IMG/VR virus record: IMGVR_UViG_3300037400_001189
Location: 11,007-75,006 of that record
Origin: a virus
Lineage: Duplodnaviria; Caudoviricetes
Reading direction: 5' to 3' (one strand)
Length of the DNA: 64,000 nt
Part shown: positions 8,456 to 16,745 of the stretch, in pieces
Layout of the letters: each line of letters opens with the position of its first letter
How positions within the stretch are numbered: position 1 is the first letter of the stretch
Made by a program: the position numbers and the translations under genes
The notes under the pieces: generated by a model
The model's database searches: none
Seen by the model: the letters and a program-made list of their open reading frames with translations, nothing else
What the model was told of the DNA's origin: nothing

Positions 8456-10304
8456 GGTAATACCGTTTAGACTCCTCTATCTGCCTGTCTTTGGAGAAGT
8501 TTGATATTCTCCTTAGATAGCCGATAATTCTAGTGGCATAGTCCAAGTCTGCAGAACCGCAGGAAGGACAGTACTTCAAGGTATGCTTGTCGATATGTCC
8601 ACACTGGTTGCAGATTGTAATCTTCACGTTGGTAGTCCAGTAGCTGCACCCTACCTGTGCAGCTATGTCCAGAAGCTTTTCATAGGTTTCCTTGTCTGGA
8701 TATTCTTCAAGCTGAAGATGGCATGCAGAACCTCCATCCAGATAGTCTACAATTTCCTTTCCATGAAGAACCATCTTGTCAAGAATGGTTATGTCTTCAG
8801 ATTCAGATGGGAAGAAATAGGAATTGTAGCAGTCTCTTGGAACATAGTATCCATCCTTCTTGTCCCATTGGGCAAACTTGACTCCAAGGGATTCGCCGGG
8901 AACCATTTCAGTGTTGATTTTAACTCCTGCATGCTTCCTGCATGTTTCCTTGTTGCAGTCGCTGATGGCTTCAAGAATGGCTGCACAGAACGACTTATAT
9001 TCCTGATTGTTGGAAGGCTCTATTCCGCATGCTTCTGCAGCTTCCACTAGACCATTGATGCCAATGGTAAGAAACTGCTTGTCAAGGGAAATGTAGCCTG
9101 CATCGTATACAGGAAGCATTCCTCCTGCCTGCAGATCCTTGAACAGAGATCTGTAAGCTAGCTGATACTTGTGCATGAGGAATATCTGTTTTTTCAGTTC
9201 AGGAACCAGATCATCTCTTACGTCTACTACAGGATTTATTCTGGAATATACGTCTTGAGTGAATCTATTCAGATTGAGAGATATTACGTTCATTGAACCA
9301 GTCTGAACTCCTCCTGCTCCCAATGAATAGGAGAAGTCATTTTTGATTTCTTCCAGCTGGTCTCCAATGTAGTTCCTGAGACGGCAGCAGGAAGAGAGAC
9401 TGTCTACAGTATCTGAAGTGTAGATAAAGAAAGAATTGCCTTCAGATAGTTCTTGTGCAGTGAATTCTCTATAATCCTTGTCCAGTACACTATGTCCATC
9501 GTGCAGAAGAGCTACGGTTACTACAGGGAAAGTAAGAAGAGCCTTGGTACGTTCCTTGTTGAACCATTTCATGAAGAACTTCTGCAGCTTGTCTACGGAT
9601 TCCCATTTAGGCTTGTCTCCGTCTGGGAAATAGAAGTTTCCAAACAGGGAATCAAAATAGAACTTGTCAAAGATTGACACGTTCCAAAACACGGATTGAA
9701 AACCGCGTGCAGATGCAGGCTGGTTAAGAGCATACACAGTCTGCTGAAGCTCCTGAGTCACTTCATGCTCATGCGTATCCAGATAGTCGTCTCCATAGTC
9801 CTTTCTTGCAAAGTGATCGAAGCACAGGAAGTATTCTACGGTAGCTACTGCTCCTGCAAACTGGGAAGATATTGCAAAGATAAGATTGATGAATCCGCCA
9901 TTGAATGAAGACAGATGCCTAGGTGCCTTGGATTCCCCACCAAATGCTTTCAGTCCATCCGTGAGAAACGGATACATGGAAATAGCTACGCAATAGGGAA
10001 GAAAGGCGCTAGTTTCGTCATGAGCATAAATAAGGTGGTCTTCAAGCTGCTTAATATACGTTTCAGCAATCTCATCTCCATACAGTTCCTTAATTTTTCT
10101 AGTTACCAAGCCTCTCTTGACCTGAATGTTGATATCCTTGTTTAATTCAGCAAGCATGGTAGCTACGTTCTTGTTGGATACATTGCTGTTAGCGTCAAAG
10201 GTGCTTCCAGTAGCTGCATTGGAAGCCCCTATATAGCTGTCGATGAAGTCTAGTTTAGTTTTTAGCTGTGATTCGGACAGCCTGCACATTTTAGCTTTTG
10301 CCAT
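8439..10304 (-). CDS. nrdD: Anaerobic (class III) ribonucleoside-triphosphate reductase
   Basis: LSSCCRL, VPGESL, Zn site CNQC...CPSCG, and glycyl-radical motif TRIIGYL. Confidence 0.95.
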   Translation of the reverse strand: MAKAKMCRLSESQLKTKLDFIDSYIGASNAATGSTFDANSNVSNKNVATMLAELNKDINIQVKRGLVTRKIKELYGDEIAETYIKQLEDHLIYAHDETSAFLPYCVAISMYPFLTDGLKAFGGESKAPRHLSSFNGGFINLIFAISSQFAGAVATVEYFLCFDHFARKDYGDDYLDTHEHEVTQELQQTVYALNQPASARGFQSVFWNVSIFDKFYFDSLFGNFYFPDGDKPKWESVDKLQKFFMKWFNKERTKALLTFPVVTVALLHDGHSVLDKDYREFTAQELSEGNSFFIYTSDTVDSLSSCCRLRNYIGDQLEEIKNDFSYSLGAGGVQTGSMNVISLNLNRFTQDVYSRINPVVDVRDDLVPELKKQIFLMHKYQLAYRSLFKDLQAGGMLPVYDAGYISLDKQFLTIGINGLVEAAEACGIEPSNNQEYKSFCAAILEAISDCNKETCRKHAGVKINTEMVPGESLGVKFAQWDKKDGYYVPRDCYNSYFFPSESEDITILDKMVLHGKEIVDYLDGGSACHLQLEEYPDKETYEKLLDIAAQVGCSYWTTNVKITICNQCGHIDKHTLKYCPSCGSADLDYATRIIGYLRRISNFSKDRQIEESKRYYHGHDG

Positions 10305-10312
10305 TGCACCTC

Positions 10313-10801
10313 CTATCGGGTGCCTGAACTGCCGAAGCCTTCAGCACCCCTTTCAGTTGAGTCTAATGTCTGAACTTCAATCATCTGCATGAGATAGGAT
10401 TTCTCTATGCAGAACTGGCCTATCCTGTCTCCCTTGGAGATGTTGAATTCATAGTCGTTGGAGTTGTGCATGATAACTCCAATGCTGCCACGATAGGTTT
10501 CGTCTATGGTTCCAGTATGAACAAACAGTCCTCTTGACGCTAAACCGCTTCTTCCTCTTACTATGCCGTGATAGCCTCTGGGGAGCTGCACGGCTATGTT
10601 GGAGTGAACTATGGTAGTGTCGTGAGGATAAACTACGATATCTACATCCGAATAGATATCTAGGCAAGCATCTCCTTCACGGGAATACTTGAAGGGAATG
10701 GCAGTGTCTGTAAGCTTTTTAAAACATACCTGAGCTAGAGTACGGTTAGACGATACTCCAAATTCTACATATGAAACGTCTGTTACTGTTGGGTTGAGCA
10801 T
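10313..10801 (-). CDS. dut: Trimeric dUTPase
   Basis: RGRSGLA, GTIDETYRG, GDRIGQ and RGAEGFGSSG motifs. Confidence 0.92.
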   Translation of the reverse strand: MLNPTVTDVSYVEFGVSSNRTLAQVCFKKLTDTAIPFKYSREGDACLDIYSDVDIVVYPHDTTIVHSNIAVQLPRGYHGIVRGRSGLASRGLFVHTGTIDETYRGSIGVIMHNSNDYEFNISKGDRIGQFCIEKSYLMQMIEVQTLDSTERGAEGFGSSGTR

Positions 10802-11901
10802 TTATCCTCCAGAGAAGCTATTGCATTCTCTATGTCTTCTAGGGAGGCTCCATTAGGAACCTCTGCAGTGTCGTACCAGTTGTAGCCTATCTCTCCTACT
10901 GCTTCGTTATGAACTATCTGGTCTTCCAGAAAGTCTGCAGTCATTATAGGGATGATAGTATCATTTACCCATTTAACTAGCTCTGCATCCTTGTCAATGT
11001 GAATATAGAGAGCATCGTAGATGGAAGAGATAACTTCCACTCTATTTTCTAGATGGTTCTCTGCTATCTTTTCATTGAATCTATGAAGAGAGAGAAGAGA
11101 TAGAATTGACCAGAACTGCGAACAGGCATTGAACACTGTCCGTATTTCCTTTTCAGGATGGTCTGTAGTGATTCTGCATCCTAATCCTAATGGGATATAA
11201 CCTTTGCTTTTAGCCTTGACTAGAACAGTGCTTCTCATCTTGTCTACTCCCTTGTACAGTTCATCGTGATATCTATGAAAGATATTCTCTGCCTGTTCTA
11301 GAGAGCATTTAATGGAAGAAGCTACTTTCTCAGGATATGCGCCGTAGTTTAATCCGAAGCTAACTGGTTTAGACTTTTGGCGTATAGCCTTCAATGCCTT
11401 ATTGCCATTGTCTACTTCTCTTTTAAATCTCTTTACGAATGCATAGAGGTCTTCTCCTTCTTCTCTAGGAAGAATGGCTTCTACTTCATCTGTAAAATAG
11501 TAGTAGGCATTCAAACAGTGACCATCTATGCCTTGAGTGAAGATTGCACATTTATTCTTGTCTCTGGACAGATTGGCTATTACCCTGTCTTCTAGAGCAG
11601 AGAAGTCAACTTGATAGATTAAATGGTCTTTGTCTGTAGACAAGCATTGTTTGATTGGCTTTGCATAGACAGAACCAGTGGAAGGAGCATTTAATAAATT
11701 AGGAGCAGAAGAAGTGAGACGAAATGTTTTAGTACCAAACAGTTTGAAAGAACCGTACAGCCTCCCATTAACAGTATTGTCATAGAAAGCTTTAATGAAG
11801 TTGTTTCTAATGATAGCTGCATTGCTGTAATCTAGCATAGCATTAACTACTTCCTTTAGCTGTTTCAGTTCTTCCAGAGACAAATCGCTTACTATAGGCA
11901 T
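10783..11901 (-). CDS. Family A DNA polymerase, part 3 (end of thumb, palm, fingers)
   Basis: TFRLTSSAPNL, motif A DFSALEDR, motif B RQKSKPVSFGLNYG, motif C SIYDAL. Confidence 0.9.
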   Translation of the reverse strand: MPIVSDLSLEELKQLKEVVNAMLDYSNAAIIRNNFIKAFYDNTVNGRLYGSFKLFGTKTFRLTSSAPNLLNAPSTGSVYAKPIKQCLSTDKDHLIYQVDFSALEDRVIANLSRDKNKCAIFTQGIDGHCLNAYYYFTDEVEAILPREEGEDLYAFVKRFKREVDNGNKALKAIRQKSKPVSFGLNYGAYPEKVASSIKCSLEQAENIFHRYHDELYKGVDKMRSTVLVKAKSKGYIPLGLGCRITTDHPEKEIRTVFNACSQFWSILSLLSLHRFNEKIAENHLENRVEVISSIYDALYIHIDKDAELVKWVNDTIIPIMTADFLEDQIVHNEAVGEIGYNWYDTAEVPNGASLEDIENAIASLEDKCSTQQ

Positions 11902-12218
11902 TACAGTTCATCACTCTTTTCATCAAAGATTTCGTTAGGCTTAAGCCAGCTGTACATATCAGCAAAATAAGCATAGCCTGCAATGTCCACTGCATTGTCT
12001 TGATTCCACTGGTCTAGATCTGGATGGATTCTAGCTATCTTTAACAGCATCATCATTACGGCTACGTCTCTAGGACGTATGTCTATGCCTAGAAAAGTAC
12101 TCCAGTATCTAGATATTAAGACAAATACATCTTCAGGATATCCACCACGTTTGCCAGAAATGATGTCCAATGCCTGACTAAGAACATTCTTTGTTTCCAT
12201 TCTGTTCTCCTTGCTCAA
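11901..12218 (-). CDS. DUF6378-like protein (dATP/dGTP diphosphohydrolase-related fold), inserted inside the polymerase locus
   Basis: RGGYPEDVF...WSTFLG...DVAVMMMLLKIAR...DNAVDIAGYA; own AGGAG RBS before MET at about 12200. Confidence 0.65.
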   Translation of the reverse strand: MSKENRMETKNVLSQALDIISGKRGGYPEDVFVLISRYWSTFLGIDIRPRDVAVMMMLLKIARIHPDLDQWNQDNAVDIAGYAYFADMYSWLKPNEIFDEKSDEL

Positions 12219-12984
12219 TTAAAGTATCTAGAAGCTTGTTAAGCTTCTCCAGTTCATCCCTGTTCCAGCAGGGATTGCCTTTGCCAGTAGTAGCTTCAGA
12301 CTGTATGCCAAGAGAGGAGAAGAATTCCGTCTTCTGCTTTGCAGAACCACAATTGAATTCTTCTGCTTCTTCAGTCATAGCCTTGGTAAGCCTAGGCTCT
12401 ATTTTGCTCTTATAGTAAATATCATACTTGTCTGAAGCTAGCTTAAGCATTGCTCTATGCTTTAAATCGTCTAAGCTTTTATGCTCAGGTTCTTCCAATA
12501 AAAGAGAAAGAACAGGATCCTTATGTACCTTTAGAAGAAGCTTCAGATCTTTTAGAGTCCATTCAGGCTGATAGTAATCCATTTGATTCGTATCTTTCAG
12601 TCTCTGATTAACTAGATAGCTTCTATGAATCTTGTTAGATGGATTGCATTCCTTTGGAGTGAAGTCTTCTACAGTCTTTGCCTTCTGCTGTATGCTAGTG
12701 CATTTTACAGCTTGAGACATTGCAGATTGTTCCTGTCTAAACTTCTGCATAAGAGGATTCTGAAGCATAGTATGCTGTACGTTAGCTAATACGTCTTCTA
12801 CGGTATCTTCTAGAACTCTGACTTTGGAAAGGTCTATTGGAATGCCTGCATTTTGCATTTTAATAATATCCGGAAGAAGCATTGAAACTATATGGTCATA
12901 GAACCATTTGCCATCCTGTTCAGGAGGCACTTCCATAGGTCTAGGAATAGGTAGATATTCAGACATTTCATTCATATCTTCCAT
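12178..12984 (-). CDS. Family A DNA polymerase, part 2 (linker and thumb)
   Basis: MQNAGIPIDL, FNCGSAKQKTEFF (cf. FNLNSPKQL) and TTGKGNPCW thumb motifs. Confidence 0.72.
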   Translation of the reverse strand: MEDMNEMSEYLPIPRPMEVPPEQDGKWFYDHIVSMLLPDIIKMQNAGIPIDLSKVRVLEDTVEDVLANVQHTMLQNPLMQKFRQEQSAMSQAVKCTSIQQKAKTVEDFTPKECNPSNKIHRSYLVNQRLKDTNQMDYYQPEWTLKDLKLLLKVHKDPVLSLLLEEPEHKSLDDLKHRAMLKLASDKYDIYYKSKIEPRLTKAMTEEAEEFNCGSAKQKTEFFSSLGIQSEATTGKGNPCWNRDELEKLNKLLDTLIEQGEQNGNKECS

Positions 12985-13643
12985 GCCTCCAAGTCTTTGA
13001 GTATGTCCTGATACAGTGCATAAGTTGCACAGGCATCAGTAGCTGAATATTCAAGCATATAATCCTTATTCTGCTCTTCAAGAGTGAAACTGTCTTTAGA
13101 CAGTCCCCATTTGGAATACTTGTAGGACATTAATGTTTTCAAGCCAGTTTCTCCCTTGAGATGGTCTGCATTGTTGAGAATAGATTTAGCTAGAAGCTGA
13201 GTGTCTATTACATGCTTGGGAAGCTTATGAGTATAGTAGTAGATTATGCCTCCATCATAACCAAAGTTATGAAAGAGCATTGTCTTGTCTGTATTGACAA
13301 GAAATCTCATTAGCATGTCTACCATGTTAGGGTCTTCACAGACTAGAACATAAGCATCGTGGTCAGACCATGCCACTGACAGATGGGTAACTGTAGTTAA
13401 TGATGGATGTGATAGACCTGTACTGTTGACTGATTGCTTAAGCAGACGCTTCTCTTCTCTAGACAGAACAGGAGAGAACTTATCCAGTCTCCACTGATCC
13501 ATCTTCTTTTGAGAGCCATCTGCTCTTGGAGCCACTTCAAAGTCAGCAGCAAACAGGTCTGGAAGGCTTTCAAGCCATTTGCTTCCCCAGTATGTGCTAG
13601 ACGTGCTCTTGAAGCTTACATGCAGCGGCTGAGAGCTTGTCAT
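12972..13643 (-). CDS. Family A DNA polymerase, part 1 (3'-5' exonuclease)
   Basis: ExoI ADFE, ExoII FHNFGYD and ExoIII YSATD motifs. Confidence 0.82.
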   Translation of the reverse strand: MTSSQPLHVSFKSTSSTYWGSKWLESLPDLFAADFEVAPRADGSQKKMDQWRLDKFSPVLSREEKRLLKQSVNSTGLSHPSLTTVTHLSVAWSDHDAYVLVCEDPNMVDMLMRFLVNTDKTMLFHNFGYDGGIIYYYTHKLPKHVIDTQLLAKSILNNADHLKGETGLKTLMSYKYSKWGLSKDSFTLEEQNKDYMLEYSATDACATYALYQDILKDLEAWKI

Positions 13644-13860
13644 AGACTGTGTTCCTTATGTATTCCTTAATAGGACCAAGAGCATCGTACCATGAAACAG
13701 GGATATTCTCTGCATTGATAGTAATATTATTGTTTTTAATGTTAAATTCGTATTCTAGCAGAAATGGATAGTCGTTAATAGTGCAGATGACTGAACCAGT
13801 GCATTTATGCAGTTCATTTACATTTGCAAAGAAACAGTTGACATTAATTGGTTCACTCAT
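13597..13860 (-). CDS. Hypothetical protein, paralog of 13870-14142
   Basis: Shared HKCxGxVxCxIN...EYE(F/Y) and IKxxIxN motifs. Confidence 0.7.
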   Translation of the reverse strand: MSEPINVNCFFANVNELHKCTGSVICTINDYPFLLEYEFNIKNNNITINAENIPVSWYDALGPIKEYIRNTVYDKLSAAACKLQEHV

Positions 13861-13869
13861 GAAATCCTC

Positions 13870-14142
13870 CTAAAATTTACAGAGATAGCTTCTAAGCTGA
13901 TTCTTAATAAATTTCTTTATTTCATCTAGGTGTCTATATGCTTCATCTAAATTAAAGCCTGATATATTGAAGGTATTAAGGTCATCCATAGTAACATCAT
14001 ACTCATATTCAACCTTATAGTTGTTTCCATTAATATGGCATACTACGTTGCCTTTGCACTTGTGAGTTTCATGAATCTCTACTGCAAAAGGAATAAATGT
14101 ATCTTTCTCTTTAAGTTCTTCAGCTTCCATCGTTATCTCCAT
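13870..14142 (-). CDS. Hypothetical protein, paralog of 13597-13860
   Basis: Same shared motifs as the adjacent ORF. Confidence 0.7.
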   Translation of the reverse strand: MEITMEAEELKEKDTFIPFAVEIHETHKCKGNVVCHINGNNYKVEYEYDVTMDDLNTFNISGFNLDEAYRHLDEIKKFIKNQLRSYLCKF

Positions 14143-14347
14143 ATTGGTGGTTTTCCTGATAAAAAAAGAGTGCTCTATATTTCAAGAGCACTCTAATAGC
14201 AATGTACGACTTCCGTGCTTCAGTTGCCGTACCTCCTCTACTCCTATAGCACTCAAGTATCCGGTCATGGAGGATTGGAGTCAGGACTTTTAAGCAGTAG
14301 TGCTCATTTAAGTAGTTCGCTGCTGCCTGAAAAAGATTGTTAAACAT
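14120..14347 (-). CDS. Hypothetical protein
   Basis: 75-aa ORF in the tightly packed operon. Confidence 0.5.
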   Translation of the reverse strand: MFNNLFQAAANYLNEHYCLKVLTPILHDRILECYRSRGGTATEARKSYIAIRVLLKYRALFFYQENHQYGDNDGS

Positions 14348-14368
14348 AACCTAATGCACTTTAAGGTT

Positions 14369-14680
14369 CTATTCATGTTCCTTATCTAGTCTGCATTCTT
14401 TGCCTTCCTTGCATTGACTTATCACATCCTGCTGATTTTCATATGGATCAGTTTTCAATGCATCGTAGACAGTCTCTCCAACTACAGTTCCAGCTGCAGC
14501 TCCTCCCATTGAACTGAATGCAGTTCCCCAATGGCTAGAAGTTCTTGCTGGAGCTTTTCTAGTCATCATACGCATGACTCTTATATAGCTTCCTCTTCGT
14601 GCATCTGCACAGTCGGCTAATGCAAGACTTCCTGCCATAGCGACAATCAATGCAATGGAACATAGCTTAAGAAGTTTCAT
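14369..14680 (-). CDS. Secreted or membrane protein with signal peptide and glycine-zipper segment
   Basis: MKLLKLCSIALIVAMAGSLALA signal; MGGAAAGTVVG; AGGAG RBS. Confidence 0.7.
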   Translation of the reverse strand: MKLLKLCSIALIVAMAGSLALADCADARRGSYIRVMRMMTRKAPARTSSHWGTAFSSMGGAAAGTVVGETVYDALKTDPYENQQDVISQCKEGKECRLDKEHE

Positions 14681-14699
14681 GGAATTCTCCTAATATGAG

Positions 14700-14771
14700 A
14701 GCCAGAGGCAGGACTTGAACTTGCAACTTTGAGATTACAAGACTCTTGCTCTACCGTTGAGCTACTCCGGC
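14700..14771 (-). tRNA. tRNA-Thr(TGT), imperfect stems, no encoded CCA
   Basis: GCCGGAG/CTCTGGC acceptor, GCTC/GAGC D-stem, CTTGTAA loop, TTCAAGT T-loop. Mismatches at pairs 27-43 and 31-39 and one in the T-stem. Confidence 0.75.
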
Positions 14772-14794
14772 AGAAATTTGAAGAGGACAATTAG

Positions 14795-14845
14795 GCTTCC
14801 GGTTTCGGCTCTGCCTCTATCGCGAGGCGGTCTACTCCCGGAAGC
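14795..14845 (-). ncRNA. Candidate structured RNA (extended hairpin with AGUA/GAA internal loop)
   Basis: GCTTCCGG/CCGGAAGC outer stem, CCGCCTC/GAGGCAG inner stem, internal loop AGTAG...CGAA. Confidence 0.35.
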
Positions 14846-14851
14846 GTTGTA

Positions 14852-14883
14852 AAAAGGAGGGGTCCATCACCTCCCCTCCTTTT
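14852..14883 (-). terminator. Rho-independent terminator
   Basis: AAAAGGAGGGG/CCCCTCCTTTT stem with T-tail, just after the stop at 14888. Confidence 0.7.
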
Positions 14884-14887
14884 ATGC

Positions 14888-15067
14888 CTACCGATCCTTC
14901 TCTCTTTCGGTACCTCTGTGCCTAGGCTTGTACTTGTACAGAGGACATTCCTTGATGCTGCATAGACGTGCTTGTGCCACATCATTGCCGCAGCAGTCAA
15001 CACATTTGTTGTAGCAGGCTTTCTTGATGGTTCTAAGCTCTTTTTCCAGTTCAGTCTTTGTACTCAT
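14888..15067 (-). CDS. Small Cys-rich (putative Zn-binding) protein, 59 aa, not in the ORF track
   Basis: Translated by hand: MSTKTELEKELRTIKKACYNKCVDCCGNDVAQARLCSIKECPLYKYKPRHRGTEREKDR; paralog of the upstream ORF. Confidence 0.7.
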   Translation of the reverse strand: MSTKTELEKELRTIKKACYNKCVDCCGNDVAQARLCSIKECPLYKYKPRHRGTEREKDR

Positions 15068-15236
15068 ACAATGGACATTCCTTGAAGGAGCAGGAAGCTA
15101 CCTTGTCATGGTAGCCTCCTACGCATGCAATGCACTTAGCTTTGATAGCCTTCTTCATAAGCTCTTCTGCCGTAAGCTTTGCAGGAGACTTTACTTCCTT
15201 GACTTCTTCAGTCTTCACTTCTGATTTCTTGACCAT
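15051..15236 (-). CDS. Small Cys-rich (putative Zn-binding) protein
   Basis: KKAIKAKCIACVGG...CSFKECPLYEYK; start placed at the ATG with an AGGAG RBS (15236). Confidence 0.7.
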   Translation of the reverse strand: MVKKSEVKTEEVKEVKSPAKLTAEELMKKAIKAKCIACVGGYHDKVASCSFKECPLYEYKD

Positions 15237-15726
15237 CGAATCTCTCCTGAGGAATGGCACCTCTATAGTACCTTCCTCCAATGTTTGAGTTAATGTAGCT
15301 GGGATCTACAATGGCATCGTACTTGAAGAGATTCTTTTCTTCCAGATACGTCAATTCAAGTTTTGAAAAGGCGAAAGCCAGTATTGCACGTTCTACCGGC
15401 TTTCTGCCTTTAACTTCCTTTGAACTGCCTTTGTAGGACTTCCAGTTGGATTCAAGCTTGATAATGTCATATCTCTGCCTGAATCCCTTTCCTGTATTTC
15501 TAAACTTAATGCTTACTATGGCATCCTTGCGCTTGTTAGCCTCAGACTTCACAGTACGCAATGAATACAGGCTTTTCTTTCCGATGTACAGGGTTCCATC
15601 TTCAAATAGTATTCTATAGACGAACCCTGTACATCCTTCTGGAAAGTCCTTTAGAGACAGATACTTCTTTATTTCCTTGCCATGTACCTGAACCCAGTCT
15701 GGTAGACTAGAGCGGGTTGTCATCAA
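15208..15726 (-). CDS. GIY-YIG family endonuclease
   Basis: GFVYRILFEDGTLYIGKK motif, WKSYKGSS, and YINSNIGG. Confidence 0.75.
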   Translation of the reverse strand: MMTTRSSLPDWVQVHGKEIKKYLSLKDFPEGCTGFVYRILFEDGTLYIGKKSLYSLRTVKSEANKRKDAIVSIKFRNTGKGFRQRYDIIKLESNWKSYKGSSKEVKGRKPVERAILAFAFSKLELTYLEEKNLFKYDAIVDPSYINSNIGGRYYRGAIPQERFDGQEIRSED

Positions 15727-16744
15727 TCTTCTTAAGAGTGTTTTCGTTTACCCACCATGTCATGTCATTAATAAAGAGCTTGATATGATAGGTAAGATCA
15801 GGATCGTTACGGTCAATGGCAACCACAGTGCCTGTAGTCCACTGGTCATTGCTGTAGTCGCCACGGTACCAGACCTTCTCGCCTTCCTTGAACTTGTAGT
15901 CTACAGGTGCGTCTTCTTCCTTTTTGCTGCTAGTATCGACACAGGCTTCACGAAGCTGGTCAAGCTTGCACCAAAGGTAATCTTTGTCTCCGTCTTCATC
16001 AATGAAGTCTACACGGTAGATATAGCTGTCACCCTTCTTTTCCTTAGTGGAAATTTCAGCAAGAGTGCCACGGAACCACTTGTCTCTCATAAGATAGAGG
16101 AATTCAACTGCATCACCTTCCTTGAAACTAGTCTTAGCAGTAGCCTTTGTAAAAGTCATTTCCTCATTATAAGGAATGCAATAGCGATACTTGGAAGTAA
16201 GAGTAATGTAAGGATACTCTGCTTTATCACCGTCTTCGTCTTCAGGGACAAAGCGGATGAAAAGATCAGGATTCCATTCCTGATCAATAGAATCACGAAC
16301 AAGAACACGGTCAAAGGTTTCGAATTCATAAGAAGTTTCGTTAGACATAGCAGTCTCCTTTAAATTAGTTTGATGGGTATTGTCAGTCTCTTCGATAGAA
16401 TTTTGTTCATCAAAAAGACGTTTTCTCTCTTTATATAACCAGTCTTCAAATTTCATGGCTACTTTTTTAGGTGGAACAGCTTTATTCCATACAGTTTCCC
16501 CTATTGAATATTCAAATTCATATTTTTCTCTAGGTATAGATTCACATTTTGAAAGCCAAGCATATGGATAATTTTCAATCCATACTTTATAAATATTATC
16601 TTTATACTCTATGAAAGCATAAAAATCATTTTCTTTTATAAGCTTTCCTTCATCTATAAAGCTGCCTACCAAATAGCCTATCATGTCACTTGATGGATAG
16701 ATTCTGTTGGCAAAGAACCATTTTATTTTTTTAAATGCATTCAT
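15707..16744 (-). CDS. Multi-domain hypothetical protein with two SH3/Tudor-like repeats; probable internal start
   Basis: FKEGDAVEF and FKEGEKVWY repeats; internal AAGGAG-N6-ATG before MSNETSY. Confidence 0.65.
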   Translation of the reverse strand: MNAFKKIKWFFANRIYPSSDMIGYLVGSFIDEGKLIKENDFYAFIEYKDNIYKVWIENYPYAWLSKCESIPREKYEFEYSIGETVWNKAVPPKKVAMKFEDWLYKERKRLFDEQNSIEETDNTHQTNLKETAMSNETSYEFETFDRVLVRDSIDQEWNPDLFIRFVPEDEDGDKAEYPYITLTSKYRYCIPYNEEMTFTKATAKTSFKEGDAVEFLYLMRDKWFRGTLAEISTKEKKGDSYIYRVDFIDEDGDKDYLWCKLDQLREACVDTSSKKEEDAPVDYKFKEGEKVWYRGDYSNDQWTTGTVVAIDRNDPDLTYHIKLFINDMTWWVNENTLKKIDDNPL

Positions 16745-16745
16745 G

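Noticed and set aside
10783-13643. Group I intron, intein or programmed frameshift joining the polymerase pieces
   Set aside because: No non-coding gap, no intein end motifs and no adjacent homing endonuclease; downstream pieces have plausible independent starts. Not fully excluded without RNA data.
14791-15003. 70-aa minus-strand ORF from the track
   Set aside because: Runs through a terminator and the structured element; the alternative frame (14888-15067) is a clear paralog of the upstream gene.
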